Positions 39,311 through 49,400 of a stretch of DNA of 64,000 nt are shown here, piece after piece. The DNA comes from an uncultured Chloroflexia bacterium (lineage in GTDB: Bacteria; Chloroflexota; Limnocylindria; Limnocylindrales; CSP1-4), in NCBI GenBank assembly GCA_963768655.1, contig CAVYIM010000003.1, forward strand, positions 448,001 through 512,000, in the 5' to 3' direction. How positions within the stretch are numbered: position 1 is the stretch's first letter; each line of letters opens with the position of its first letter. The position numbers and the translations under genes were made by a program. A model generated the notes under the pieces. That model made no database searches. It saw only the letters and a program-made list of their open reading frames with translations, and was not told the origin of the DNA.

Positions 39311-40953
39311 GCTCCATGTCGGGCCACGTCTCATCCGATCGACTGGGCGAGGCCGCCCAGCACGGCGGGGTCGACTTCCTGCGCGAAGCCGAGAGCCGCC
39401 ACGTGGCCGGCTGCGACCGGTGCCGGCGCCTCTACGCCGGCTACCGCCTCACCGATCGCCTCCTCGCAGCGTCCTGGCGCGACGTCAAGCTGCCGCCGGC
39501 CGCGGTGGCCCGGCCGTCGAGGCTCGGCGCTCTGGCCGACTTCGGAAAGCGCCTGGATGCCCGCTCGATGGCTCCTGCCGTCGCGGCGATCGGCGTCATC
39601 GTCCTGATCGGAGCGGCACTTGCCCTGCCGCAACTCATCCCCACACCGCCACCCGCAAGCACCCACTCGCCCATCGCCTCGATCACCGCATCGCCTTCGC
39701 CATCGGCGCCCGCGTTCCAGACAGTGTCGCCCTTCGGCTCGGGCCAGCCATCGCAATCGCCTGAGGCACAGGCGTCCGGGCCCAGCGTAACCGGCCCCAC
39801 ATCTGCCCCGGGACTCACGGGCGCGCCCACTCCGGCGCCTACAGCGAGTGGATCCGGCGGCAAAGAGGTCCTCGCGATCACGGAGGTCGGCGGGGCGCCC
39901 ATCGCATGGTCGTCCGACGGCGCCCACCTCCTGATGTGGGGGCCGGCTCCCACGCGGCAGCTCCAGATTCGCGACGCCGCAGGCCGGATCGACGGCACCG
40001 CCACTGCCGACGCGGCGGCCTGGGTCAGCTCGACGACGATCGCGATCGCGACCAGTTCGCCGGCCGCCTCCCCGAGCGCCTCTCCGAGTAGCCCTGGCCA
40101 CCACAGCAGGGTCGGACCCGGCCGCGGCGGCGGAGGTGGCGGCGGAAGTGGCGGCGGCGAGACGGTCAGCATCCTCGATCTGAGCGGCCACCAGCTCGCC
40201 ACGCTTCCGGGCAGCTACGCCATCGGCGGCGGTGTGGCGGGTGGAATGATCGTCGGCAGCGGCACAGGCGAGTTCACGATCGCCAGTCAGGGCGGCCTCG
40301 GCCTGGCCGGATCGAGCTTCGTCCTGTGGAACGGCTCCGTCAGCGCCGTGCAGGACGGCGTGCCGATCGCCTTCTCGCAGGACGGCCAGAGGCTGGCAGT
40401 TCTTCATCCGTCGAGCGCGTCCGTCAGCGGAGTGACGGGCTGGCTCGAGATCCTGGCGGTCCCGTCGCTCGACACCGTGTCGTCATTCCCGCACTTGACC
40501 CTTCGAGTCGGAAGCGGTAGCCGGGGCTCGGGCTACGGCTTCGACGCCGCCTTCAGCCCGGGCGACGGGTACCTGCTCGCCTCGGGAACTCTGGTCGATC
40601 TATCGGACGGCTCCACGATCATCACGGGCAAGGGCGGCTGGCTGCCCGACGGGACGCTGGTTACTGCTTCCAACGCCGGATTGCTCCGCTGGCAGGGGAC
40701 GCATTCCAGCCTCGACTCCCGTTTCCCGGGCCCCGGCACCGTCGAGACCTCACGCCACGGCGATCTCATCTACTTCTACGGCGACGGTCGACCTCCGCTC
40801 CTGCTGGAGGCGAACGGGTCGCTGACGTCCCTGTCGTTGCCGGGCGTTCGCTCGATCGGAGCCCTGCTCATCTCCCCCAACGGGCGGGCGATCGCCCTCG
40901 ACGGCCGGGCCACGGACGGATCGTCGATCACAGCCGTGGCTGCGCTCCCGTGA
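39307..40953 (+). CDS. Zinc-binding anti-sigma factor with TM helix and extracellular beta-propeller-like domain
   Basis: HVAGCDRC (HxxxCxxC), TM VAAIGVIVLIGAALAL, Pro/Ser/Thr linker, repeated WSSDG/FSQDG/FSPGD/ISPNG; start overlaps the sigma stop. Confidence 0.78.
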   Translation: MSSMSGHVSSDRLGEAAQHGGVDFLREAESRHVAGCDRCRRLYAGYRLTDRLLAASWRDVKLPPAAVARPSRLGALADFGKRLDARSMAPAVAAIGVIVLIGAALALPQLIPTPPPASTHSPIASITASPSPSAPAFQTVSPFGSGQPSQSPEAQASGPSVTGPTSAPGLTGAPTPAPTASGSGGKEVLAITEVGGAPIAWSSDGAHLLMWGPAPTRQLQIRDAAGRIDGTATADAAAWVSSTTIAIATSSPAASPSASPSSPGHHSRVGPGRGGGGGGGSGGGETVSILDLSGHQLATLPGSYAIGGGVAGGMIVGSGTGEFTIASQGGLGLAGSSFVLWNGSVSAVQDGVPIAFSQDGQRLAVLHPSSASVSGVTGWLEILAVPSLDTVSSFPHLTLRVGSGSRGSGYGFDAAFSPGDGYLLASGTLVDLSDGSTIITGKGGWLPDGTLVTASNAGLLRWQGTHSSLDSRFPGPGTVETSRHGDLIYFYGDGRPPLLLEANGSLTSLSLPGVRSIGALLISPNGRAIALDGRATDGSSITAVAALP

Positions 40954-41069
40954 GGTGCGATCACGAACGGAAGCCGCGCAATGCCCGCGACCGGCACGAC
41001 AGGTCGTGACCGAAAACCAGCTCACCAGGCCACCCACCACCACATCGGATGTCAGGCAGAGGAGACGAT

Positions 41070-42164
41070 ATGAAACACCGAAACCGAAACATGCTGGCGG
41101 CGCTGCTCGCTGCCGGCCTGCTTGTGCTCTCGGCCTTCGGCAGCACCGCCCTGGCGCACGGCGGTCCCGGCGGCGGCCCCGGCTTCGGCGGTCACGACCC
41201 GGGGTCGTCTCCGAAGCCGCACCCGAGCGTCGCACCGACCCAGAAGGCCAAGCCCAGTCACGACGTCAAGGTGACCGGGCCCGGATGGCATCTCCCGAGC
41301 CCGATTGACTGCAGCAAGATCTCGGCGCCGAGCGGTTCGCCGGCTCCGACCGCCGCCTCGACTGGCGCCGTCTCGGACAACGTGAATCCACACTTCAAGC
41401 CCGCGGACACGTTCATTCTCGAGCTCTCGAAGATCGCCGATAGCTGGGGTCGCAACTTCGACGGGACCGTGCGTGCCCAGCTCTGTTCCGTCCAGGCGAT
41501 CCAGACCTCAGCCGACAAGGAGATCGCCTCGCAGGTCAAGATGCTCGGCAATCTCGCCGTCCGGGTGGGCAAGATCACGGGTCTCTCGTCCGCCGATCAG
41601 GCGATTCTCACGGGTGAGATCAACGGGCTCACCGGCGACCTGAACGCGCTCAAGGCGAAGATCGACGCCGAGACGACGCTGGCCGGTGCCCAGGCCGACC
41701 TCGTGACCCTGTCCAATGACTCCGTCTACGCCCGCTCGATCGGCTACCAGGTGAGGCTCATCGCCTGCGCCGAGTCCGCGATCGCGCAGGGCACCAAGCT
41801 CGGCACTCTGGCCACCACCCTGGCAGGCCAGATCGCGGCGGCGCCGTCCGGCATCGATACTGCGGCCGCTCAGACCTACCTGACCGACATGAACACGCAG
41901 GTCGCCTCCGCCGCAGCGCTGGTCGGCCCGCTGCCGGCGAGCTTGCTGGCCCTCACGCCGGCGCAGCTCCAGGCGGGTAAGGGTGATCCGACGCTCGCCA
42001 AGGCAGGCGCCGACCTGTGGCAGGCTTCATTCGACCTCTGGAAGGCCGGCAGCGACGGTCGGATCATCACGTGGATCCTGGCCGGCAAGCCCGCTTACGA
42101 CGGTGGCCACCAAAAGTCACCGGCTTGTTCGCCGACGCCCGCGCCGGTTTCCTCTCCGATCTGA
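41070..42164 (+). CDS. Hypothetical secreted, mostly helical protein
   Basis: GAGGAG RBS; signal peptide MKHRNRNMLAALLAAGLLVLSAFGSTALA. Confidence 0.75.
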   Translation: MKHRNRNMLAALLAAGLLVLSAFGSTALAHGGPGGGPGFGGHDPGSSPKPHPSVAPTQKAKPSHDVKVTGPGWHLPSPIDCSKISAPSGSPAPTAASTGAVSDNVNPHFKPADTFILELSKIADSWGRNFDGTVRAQLCSVQAIQTSADKEIASQVKMLGNLAVRVGKITGLSSADQAILTGEINGLTGDLNALKAKIDAETTLAGAQADLVTLSNDSVYARSIGYQVRLIACAESAIAQGTKLGTLATTLAGQIAAAPSGIDTAAAQTYLTDMNTQVASAAALVGPLPASLLALTPAQLQAGKGDPTLAKAGADLWQASFDLWKAGSDGRIITWILAGKPAYDGGHQKSPACSPTPAPVSSPI

Positions 42165-42219
42165 GTAGTTCACCGCCGGGTTCGTCCGGCTGAGGTCACG
42201 AGCCGGGTTCGCCCGGCTG

Positions 42220-42261
42220 CCGTCACGCCGCCGCCTTCTCCCTCCGGCGGCGGCGTGACGG
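42220..42261. terminator. 16-bp perfect stem-loop between convergent genes
   Basis: CCGTCACGCCGCCGCC-N10-GGCGGCGGCGTGACGG; a smaller hairpin lies at 42201-42218. Confidence 0.7.
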
Positions 42262-42335
42262 TGTCCGAAGCCCGCCGCAGGATGGCGCCGGCCAAGGCAG
42301 CGCCGCGAGCCGGGCTCGAGCAGACGCGATCACTC

Positions 42336-42755
42336 CTACGCGATGAACTTCTCCAGCGCCTGCTCGTCCGCGGCCGAGAGATGGCCGTGACGCGACTTCA
42401 GCTCGAGGGCCGGGACGTTCGTCTTGCCTGTCAGCGCGGCCCGCATCCCGGGGAACTGGCTGCCGGTCGCGAGCAGGTATGTCGTGAAGAGGGCGACGCG
42501 CGGCCGCTTCGTTGCGGGCATGTCTCGGACGAAGGCCAGCCACGGTTCGTCGGGGTGCTGAAGGACCACGAAAAGGCCGCTCGTCCAGCAGCCCAGAAAC
42601 AGATAGTCGGTGTCCGCCAGGGTCGCAAAGTCGCAGTCGCCGACGGATGCCACGGTCGTCGCGATGCCGTGCCGGGTCAGGCAGGCGCCGATCTCCTCGC
42701 CGTAGCGACGAGTCACGCCCGAGTGGCTGCGATAGACCACGACCGCCTTGCTCAC
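42336..42755 (-). CDS. Flavodoxin-like protein
   Basis: VVYRSHSGVTRRYGEEI, YLFLGCWT, VALFTTY. Confidence 0.75.
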   Translation of the reverse strand: MSKAVVVYRSHSGVTRRYGEEIGACLTRHGIATTVASVGDCDFATLADTDYLFLGCWTSGLFVVLQHPDEPWLAFVRDMPATKRPRVALFTTYLLATGSQFPGMRAALTGKTNVPALELKSRHGHLSAADEQALEKFIA

Positions 42756-42906
42756 CTTCGTCTCCCTGTCTACGCTCGATTTCACCAGAGGCTCGATTTG
42801 GCTCGCGGCCGGGACCAGGGCCGTCGGTCACAGTCCATCTGACCCTTCGCCGCCTCGCGGTCGGATGCGAAACTGTCGGGCATCGACCACGGCCATAGGG
42901 GATCGA

Positions 42907-43371
42907 ATGACCACCAAGAAGCAGATCGACGACTTCCTCGCCCTCAAGCGCATCGCCTTCGTCGGCGTCTCGCACAACCCCAAGGAGTTCTCGTACGTGC
43001 TCTGGCAGGAGTTCCGCCAGCGCCGCTATGATGCCGTCCCCGTCAACCCGAACGTGGCGGTCCTTGACGGCCAGACCTCCTACAAGCGGGTCCAGGACAT
43101 CAAGCCCGGCGTCGAAGGCGCGCTGATCATGACCTCTTCCAAGGCCACGGAGCAGATCGTCCGCGATTGCGCCGAAGCTGGCGTGAAGCATGTTTGGATG
43201 TACAAGGGCATCGCCGCCGGCGCAGTGAACAAGGCCGCCGTCGCCTTCTGCGAGGCCAACGGCATCGACGTCGTCGAGGGCTTCTGCCCCTACATGTTCC
43301 TCAAGGGCACGCCCTTCTTCCATGCCCCGCACCGCTGGATGAAGAAGCTGACTGGCAGCTATCCCGGGTAG
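42907..43371 (+). CDS. CoA-binding domain protein (YccU-like)
   Basis: IAFVGVS, VPVNP, GVKHVWM, VVEGFCP. Confidence 0.87.
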   Translation: MTTKKQIDDFLALKRIAFVGVSHNPKEFSYVLWQEFRQRRYDAVPVNPNVAVLDGQTSYKRVQDIKPGVEGALIMTSSKATEQIVRDCAEAGVKHVWMYKGIAAGAVNKAAVAFCEANGIDVVEGFCPYMFLKGTPFFHAPHRWMKKLTGSYPG

Positions 43372-43468
43372 CCTTCGGCAGTTCCGAGGGGTTCGGGCGA
43401 GGCATCCGCGCGGGGCTGGCGAGCTGGCCGCCCGGGCGGGCGAGCCGGCCGCCTGATAGTCTCGCTTC

Positions 43469-44338
43469 GTGGGCGATGAAGTCGACATCCTGGGCGGATC
43501 GATCGGGCGAATCGTGCTGGCCGACAACCTCGATGTGCTCGGCTCGCTGCCCGAGGATTCGATCGATCTCGTGTACATCGACCCGCCCTTCAACACCGGT
43601 AAGCGGCAGACGCTGCGGCGGCTACGTACGGTCCATGACGAGGCGGCGGGCGATCGGACCGGCTTCGGTGGGCGGCGCTACCGAACGATCCGACTGGGCG
43701 CGCAGAGCTACCTCGACGTCCACGACGACTACCTGGACTTCCTCGAGCCGCGCCTGGTCGAGATCCGGCGCGTCCTGCGCCCGACCGGCAGCCTCTATCT
43801 GCACCTGGACTACCGCGAGGTGCATTACGCCAAGGTCCTGTGCGACGCCGTCTTCGGGCGCGAGTGCTTCCTCAACGAGGTGATCTGGGCGTACGACTAC
43901 GGCGCCCGGACGAAGCGGCGGTGGCCGGCCAAGCACGACGACATCCTGGTCTACGTCAAGGACCCGGGGCGCTTCTGGTTCGACGCGGACGCGGTGGAGC
44001 GGATCCCGTACATGGCGCCGGGGCTCGTGGGGCCCGAGAAGGCGGCCCGTGGCAAGCTGCCGACCGATACTTGGTGGCAGACGATCGTGCCGCCCGGCGG
44101 CGCAGAGCGGACCGGCTATCCCACCCAGAAGCCGGTCGCCGTGCTGCGGCGGGTCGTTGCCGCGTCGTGCCCGGCCGGCGGCATCGTGGCTGACTTCTTC
44201 GCGGGGAGCGGCACGACCGGCGCCGCGGCGCTGGAGCTTGGCCGGCGCTTCCTGCTCGTAGACTCGAACCCCGATGCGGTGGCGGTGATGAGGCGCCGGC
44301 TGGGCGAAGTGGCAGGCGTGGAGGTCGTCGGGGAGTAG
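43469..44338 (+). CDS. Site-specific DNA methyltransferase (N6-A/N4-C, beta class)
   Basis: YIDPPF (motif IV) precedes DFFAGSGTTG (motif I); YPTQKP. Confidence 0.92.
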   Translation: MGDEVDILGGSIGRIVLADNLDVLGSLPEDSIDLVYIDPPFNTGKRQTLRRLRTVHDEAAGDRTGFGGRRYRTIRLGAQSYLDVHDDYLDFLEPRLVEIRRVLRPTGSLYLHLDYREVHYAKVLCDAVFGRECFLNEVIWAYDYGARTKRRWPAKHDDILVYVKDPGRFWFDADAVERIPYMAPGLVGPEKAARGKLPTDTWWQTIVPPGGAERTGYPTQKPVAVLRRVVAASCPAGGIVADFFAGSGTTGAAALELGRRFLLVDSNPDAVAVMRRRLGEVAGVEVVGE

Positions 44339-44579
44339 GGCAGCGCCGCTCGCCCGACGCCGCGGCTATCTTGCGGCTGTCCGACTCAGCCGGACAGGAA
44401 TCGGCCCCGGGGCACGATCCGGCGGCCGTCGGCGCCTCTGGGCCGCCATATGCGCTCAGGTAAGCCGCAGTAGAGCGCCGCGGGCCATGCTCCGGTCTGC
44501 AGGAGGCGATTTCGGGCTCGTGAGACGCTCGTGAGACGGTTGATCGCGAGGGAAGAGCCGAAGCTGTCCGGTGCAACCG

Positions 44580-44953
44580 GACATCCAGGACAGCTTCGGC
44601 AGCTTCAACGCCAAACGCCACTACCTGGGGACAGATCTCGCCCCCCGCACGGAGTCCCGCGCTGGCATAGCGAAACACACGTCATCGCCGCCCTCTGGTC
44701 GGCAGAGGTACTGCGCGCTCTCCGCTCCCACCGCGCCAGCTTCGGGAGCGTCTGCCCGGACGGGCCGGCGGCGTTCGAGGCCTGGTGGCGCGGCGAGCCG
44801 CCACCTTCCGGCCGCCGCCCGATCCTGCTCCTGTTCGGCCCGGTCGAGGGGCGGCGATGTGACCGGCGCCGTTGGGCGGGCCTCGGCGAGCTCGAGGGCC
44901 TGCGGCCGCGCTATCGCGATTACTCGGACGCGGCCGCAGCGCTGAGGCCGTAG
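44580..44953 (+). pseudogene. C-terminal remnant of a hypothetical protein, frameshifted near 44645
   Basis: DIQDSFGSFNAKRHYLG in one frame continues as GVPRWHSETHVIAALWSAEVL..CPDGPAAFEAWWRGEPP in another; no credible start. Confidence 0.45.
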
Positions 44954-45016
44954 CGCTCAGACCGTCCGCGCGGCTTCGGCGCCTCGCCCGGTGTCACAGT
45001 GCGCAAGAATCGCGGC

Positions 45017-45964
45017 ATGGAACGCGACTGGGAGAGAGCGCACACGTTCTTCGACATGCCGCCGGCGGAAATCGAGGCGCGGGTCCACGCCGCCTTGCCC
45101 GAGGCGCGAGTCACTGCGGCCCGGCCGCTGGCGACCGGCCTGCGCAACACCAACTACCGGCTCGAGATCGAGGGCGGCCCATCCCCTCTGGTGCTCCGCC
45201 TGTACGTCGCCGATCCGGAAGCCTGCCCCCGCGAGGCGGCCGTGCTGGCGAGGGTTGCCGGCCGTGTTCCGGCGCCGCGCGTCGTCCACTCGAGCCCGGC
45301 GTCCAACCCGCCATTCGCGCTGCTCCGCTGGCTCGACGGCCGGCCGCTCGACCAGGTGCTGCGCGACTGCGACGAGGCCGCGGCACTTCAGCTGGCCGCT
45401 GCCTGCGGGACGGCACTGGTCGCCGTCCACGAGACCCGATTCCCCGCCCCGGGTTTCCTCGGCCCGGAGGCGACGGTCGTCCGGCCCATGCCCGCCTGGG
45501 CGCCGACCGTCATTTCGACGCTGGACGGCCCGGCGGGCGAGCGACTCGGGCCGCGCCTGGCGACGAAGATCAGGCATGCCGTCGAGTCGAACGCGCCGAT
45601 GGTCGAGGTGGCCTGGTCGGAAGCGGTGCTCGTCCACGGAGACTTCAAGCCGTTGAACCTCCTGGCCCGGCGGCGGGCGGGTGGCTGGCGGTTGACCGGC
45701 ATCCTCGACTGGGAGTTCGCCTGCGCCGGTTCGAAGCTGCTCGACTTCGCGACCTTCCTGCGCGACGAAGCCGGCCGGCCCCCTGACTTCGGCGCGGTCT
45801 TCGCTGCCGCCTATCGAAGCGCCGGCGGAACGCTGCCGCAAGACTGGCGCCGGCTGACGCGCCTGATCGACCTGCTCAACCTGATGCAGATGCTCGAATG
45901 GTCGGGCGAGCAGGGGACCGAGGACCTCGTCCGCCTGACCGCCGGGACGCTCGACGCGATCTGA
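45017..45964 (+). CDS. Aminoglycoside/choline-kinase-like phosphotransferase (APH family)
   Basis: GLRNTNY, VLRLY, LVHGDFKPLNLL, GILDWEFA. Confidence 0.88.
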   Translation: MERDWERAHTFFDMPPAEIEARVHAALPEARVTAARPLATGLRNTNYRLEIEGGPSPLVLRLYVADPEACPREAAVLARVAGRVPAPRVVHSSPASNPPFALLRWLDGRPLDQVLRDCDEAAALQLAAACGTALVAVHETRFPAPGFLGPEATVVRPMPAWAPTVISTLDGPAGERLGPRLATKIRHAVESNAPMVEVAWSEAVLVHGDFKPLNLLARRRAGGWRLTGILDWEFACAGSKLLDFATFLRDEAGRPPDFGAVFAAAYRSAGGTLPQDWRRLTRLIDLLNLMQMLEWSGEQGTEDLVRLTAGTLDAI

Positions 45965-45970
45965 GCTGCC

Positions 45971-46462
45971 TCAGCGGATCCGCGGGGCTGCCTCAGCCAG
46001 ATCGAGCATCGCAGCCGAATTCGTCCCCAGCCGGTCGACGGCCCGCCGGACGGAGGCGAGACGGACGTCCACCTCGAGCAGCAGCTCGGACACGTCGACG
46101 CCGGCGCGGTCACCCCAGCTCGGGTCGAGTTCGATCGACGTTGCCAGGTGCTTGCGCGCCCCCTCCAGGTTGCGGACCATGCCTATCGGATTGCCGCGGA
46201 CGACGTGGACGTAGCCGGCCGCGAGCTTGATCAAGCCCTGGTACAGGGCTCGCTCGGCCAGGTCCGACGTGCCCATCCAGGCCGGTTCGAGGAGCTCGTG
46301 CGCCTCGAAGAAGTCGCCGCGCTCGTACGCCGCCAGGCCCGCCTCGAGAGCGGCGCGGCGCCGCTCCGGCGGTATCGGCCGATAGGCCTTGGGCCGGTCC
46401 CCCTGCATGATCGTGCCCGGCCTGACGCGCCGGGCGCGATTCGCCTCGCCTGGAACAGGCAT
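45971..46462 (-). CDS. DUF309 family protein
   Basis: GDFFEAHELLEPAW..YQGLIKLAAGYVH..GN. Confidence 0.85.
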   Translation of the reverse strand: MPVPGEANRARRVRPGTIMQGDRPKAYRPIPPERRRAALEAGLAAYERGDFFEAHELLEPAWMGTSDLAERALYQGLIKLAAGYVHVVRGNPIGMVRNLEGARKHLATSIELDPSWGDRAGVDVSELLLEVDVRLASVRRAVDRLGTNSAAMLDLAEAAPRIR

Positions 46463-46476
46463 CGGCTGCTCTCTCG

Positions 46477-46914
46477 TCAGGACAGATCCTCCAGGCGGCG
46501 GCGCGACTCGAAACCCTCCGTCGTTTCGTGCCACCACTCGACCCGCTCCTCGCCGAGCCGCCAGCACAGGAAGATCGGCCGGCCCGAGACGAGCGCCGGG
46601 AAGTCCACGAGCCCGGTTTCGATCTGGCGCAGGTGGATGCCCCAGCCATCGATCTGGACCGCGGCCGCCTGCATCTGGTCGACCATGCCCTGGAGTCGCA
46701 GGCGAAGCAGGCGGGTCTCCTCGTCCACCTCGGCGTGGCGCGCTCCGGCGGGCGCGGCGGTCGCGGCCCCGGCCAGGGCCCACGGCGCGTTCAGCTCCAC
46801 GATCCGATCCCGCAGCGCGATCACCTCGCTGCGCAGATCGCGGAGGCGCAGCAGAGTCTCGCGCAGCTCGGGCAGCATGGCGTTGGCGCGGTCGATGTCG
46901 TAGAAGTCGGGCAT
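46477..46914 (-). CDS. DUF2203 family protein
   Basis: ANAMLP..GLVDFPA..FLCWRLGE..WWHE..GF..RR. Confidence 0.87.
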   Translation of the reverse strand: MPDFYDIDRANAMLPELRETLLRLRDLRSEVIALRDRIVELNAPWALAGAATAAPAGARHAEVDEETRLLRLRLQGMVDQMQAAAVQIDGWGIHLRQIETGLVDFPALVSGRPIFLCWRLGEERVEWWHETTEGFESRRRLEDLS

Positions 46915-47033
46915 GCCGGCATGGTAGCGGCGGCAACGCAGGACTTCAGCGACCCGTTTGGGCGGCGCGCTGCCCGAGACTTGCGAGCCGAGGGCGGCCC
47001 GCCCGATCCAGCCCGGCGCGGTTCGGATCCGCC

Positions 47034-49400
47034 CTACCGCCCCTCGGCGGCCGCCAGCCCATCGCGCAGGCGGTGCAGTCGGTCGGGCCGTTCGCGGACG
47101 AATCGCTCGATGGCCTCGAGGATATGGCCGGCATCCAGGTGAGCTTCCTCCATGACCTCCTCGACCGAGCCGCCGGTCCGCCAGCGGTCGTCCCAGTCGG
47201 AGCTGAGCGAGTACTCGTGGACGATCGGGTCGTCGGCCCAATCGCGCATCAGCTTGTAGGCGCCGTTGGTGATGACCATCGAATCGAAGCGATCGGCCGC
47301 CTCCACGGTGGCGGCGCGGTAGGCGGCGTCCTGGCGGGCGAAGAGCTGCGGGCTGATCGCGGCCACGATCTTGACGTTGAGGCCGCGCCGGTCCAGCTCG
47401 GGCAGGACCTTCACCAGATTGGCCGTCGGCATCGTGCCCCGGACGAAGATCGTGCCGGCTTTGGGCTCTCCCCCGCGGAACGGGCGCATGACGTACGCGC
47501 CGCGCGCCGCCGCGAAATGGCCCGGCATCCCGAGCGCGGCGCGGTCCGGGATCTCGATGGGCGGCCGTGTGAGGTGCAATGCCACGATCGGTGCGTCCGT
47601 GGCGAAGGCCGCGGCCAGGACCACGGGCACCTCGTTGTACTCCCAGGGATGGAGGTCGATGAGCTGACCCTCCGGGAAGAGCTGCGTCACGCCCGTCTCG
47701 AAGATCCCGAAATGCGTCCGCGAATCCTCGGCCGTCTCCGGTCCGGAGTGCCCGGCCACGTACAGCACCTTGCCGACGCGCAGGTCGCCGTCCTGGGCGA
47801 GCTGGCTGAACAGGCGCAGCGGGCCGTACTTGAGGTAGCTGAACGAGGCGTAGGTGGAGCAGGCGCCCCAGAAACCCTCGAACTGGTGGAACGGATCGGC
47901 CGCGAAGTTGACCGTCGCCAGGCCGGCCATCATGCCGGCGTTCGTGAACTCGGTGATCTCTGTCGGGAGGAGCGCGCCGGCCGGGTTCGAGTCGCGTTCG
48001 AAGTTGCCAAAGCCGGGCATCTCGCCGAACGGCTTTGCGAAGCCGGCGATGTTGGTCGACTCGGCCAGGTCCGCCGAGCAAGCGATGAACAGCGGGCGGC
48101 CGAAGTCGCGCTTCGCGACGGCGTTGACGTATGAGCCCCAGGTCGCGAGGGCGGCCCGGTTGGGCTGGCGATCGCCGAGCTTGCGCCACATTGCCTCCGG
48201 ATAGTGCTCGAAGTCGAAGATGGCCGGCCCGGGGGCGGAGCCGGGGCGCATGCGCAGGCCCTCGACTTCAGCCGGCACGGTCGCGGCGATCTCGAGCAGC
48301 CGGTCCGAGAGCCAATCGACCAGCTTCTCGTCGCGGCGCAGGACGCTCATCGCGATCCGCAGGTTCGCTTCGGCCTGCGCCGCCAGCGCCGCCGGATCGG
48401 AGGGCGCCGGCTGATCCACGCCCTGATACTCCACGCCGTAGCGGGCCATGAACTCCTTGCGCGGCGTCCAGAACTCCGGCGCGTTGAGCTTGTGCGGGAC
48501 GCCGTGGCTGGCGGCGTCGAGCTTGCCGTAGCCGCGGCCCTTGCGGGTCCGGAACCACGCGACGCTCGGCGCGCCCTCCGGATTGTCGCCGCGGCTCGCC
48601 TCCAGGACGGCCCGCGTGACCGGTCCCCATTCCATGCCGTCTGGAGTGCCCGTGACCCGCCAGCCGTACGGCGCGAACCAATCCTGCGGCGTCCCGTGGA
48701 CGACCGAGGAGGCCGGTCGCTCGTCGATGCCGAAGTCGTTCCAATCGACGAGGAAGACAAGGTTCGAGAGGCCCAGGCCCCAGGCGGAGTTCTTCGTCTC
48801 GTGGGCCGCACCGGGAGTCAGCCCGCCTTCGCCCTCCACGACGAACACCTTGACATCGTCCGCGCCCGCCAGCTTGAGAGCCAGCGCCTCGCCCGCGGCG
48901 AACGGCATGCCGTGGCCGGACGGGCCGGTGTTGGCCTTGAGGAAGAGCGTCCGGCCGGCCATCTCGGCGTGGCCCGGCAGTCCGCCCCGGTGGCGCAAGC
49001 CGAGCAGATGCTCCCACGTGAGGGCGAAGCGGCCGTCTTCGGGGAACGCAAAGCGGGGATCGCCGGTGCGGTCGGCGCGGGCGCGGAGGCCTTCGTTCAG
49101 GACGGCGAGCGTGGCATAGACGAGCGGCACCACGTGGCCGGCAGAGAGCACGAATCGATCGCCGAAGCGAAGCCACGGCCGGCGGATGTCCCAGCGCATC
49201 GACCCGGACAGCAGCAGTGCCACGAGCATGTGGACCTTGGATCGCGAGCCGCCGGGGTGCCCGCTCTGGCGGTAGTTGAGCTCCAGGTCGATGCACTCGT
49301 CGATCAGGTCCTTGAGGACCTCGTAGCGGCCGAAGTCGGGCTCCGCGGCGGCGAAGAGCCGGTCCGGCGCGGAGCCCGCGGCGATCTCGTCGGTCGTCAT
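47034..49400 (-). CDS. tkt: Transketolase (divergent, about 788 aa)
   Basis: GHPGG, DRFVLSAGH, LPGH, NTGPSGHG, ThDP motif variant EGEGG..N, ADLAES, GHSGPETAEDSRTH. Confidence 0.85.
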   Translation of the reverse strand: MTTDEIAAGSAPDRLFAAAEPDFGRYEVLKDLIDECIDLELNYRQSGHPGGSRSKVHMLVALLLSGSMRWDIRRPWLRFGDRFVLSAGHVVPLVYATLAVLNEGLRARADRTGDPRFAFPEDGRFALTWEHLLGLRHRGGLPGHAEMAGRTLFLKANTGPSGHGMPFAAGEALALKLAGADDVKVFVVEGEGGLTPGAAHETKNSAWGLGLSNLVFLVDWNDFGIDERPASSVVHGTPQDWFAPYGWRVTGTPDGMEWGPVTRAVLEASRGDNPEGAPSVAWFRTRKGRGYGKLDAASHGVPHKLNAPEFWTPRKEFMARYGVEYQGVDQPAPSDPAALAAQAEANLRIAMSVLRRDEKLVDWLSDRLLEIAATVPAEVEGLRMRPGSAPGPAIFDFEHYPEAMWRKLGDRQPNRAALATWGSYVNAVAKRDFGRPLFIACSADLAESTNIAGFAKPFGEMPGFGNFERDSNPAGALLPTEITEFTNAGMMAGLATVNFAADPFHQFEGFWGACSTYASFSYLKYGPLRLFSQLAQDGDLRVGKVLYVAGHSGPETAEDSRTHFGIFETGVTQLFPEGQLIDLHPWEYNEVPVVLAAAFATDAPIVALHLTRPPIEIPDRAALGMPGHFAAARGAYVMRPFRGGEPKAGTIFVRGTMPTANLVKVLPELDRRGLNVKIVAAISPQLFARQDAAYRAATVEAADRFDSMVITNGAYKLMRDWADDPIVHEYSLSSDWDDRWRTGGSVEEVMEEAHLDAGHILEAIERFVRERPDRLHRLRDGLAAAEGR

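Noticed and set aside
45017-45964. Aminoglycoside resistance gene
   Set aside because: Only generic APH/choline-kinase motifs; nothing indicates antibiotic specificity or mobile context.
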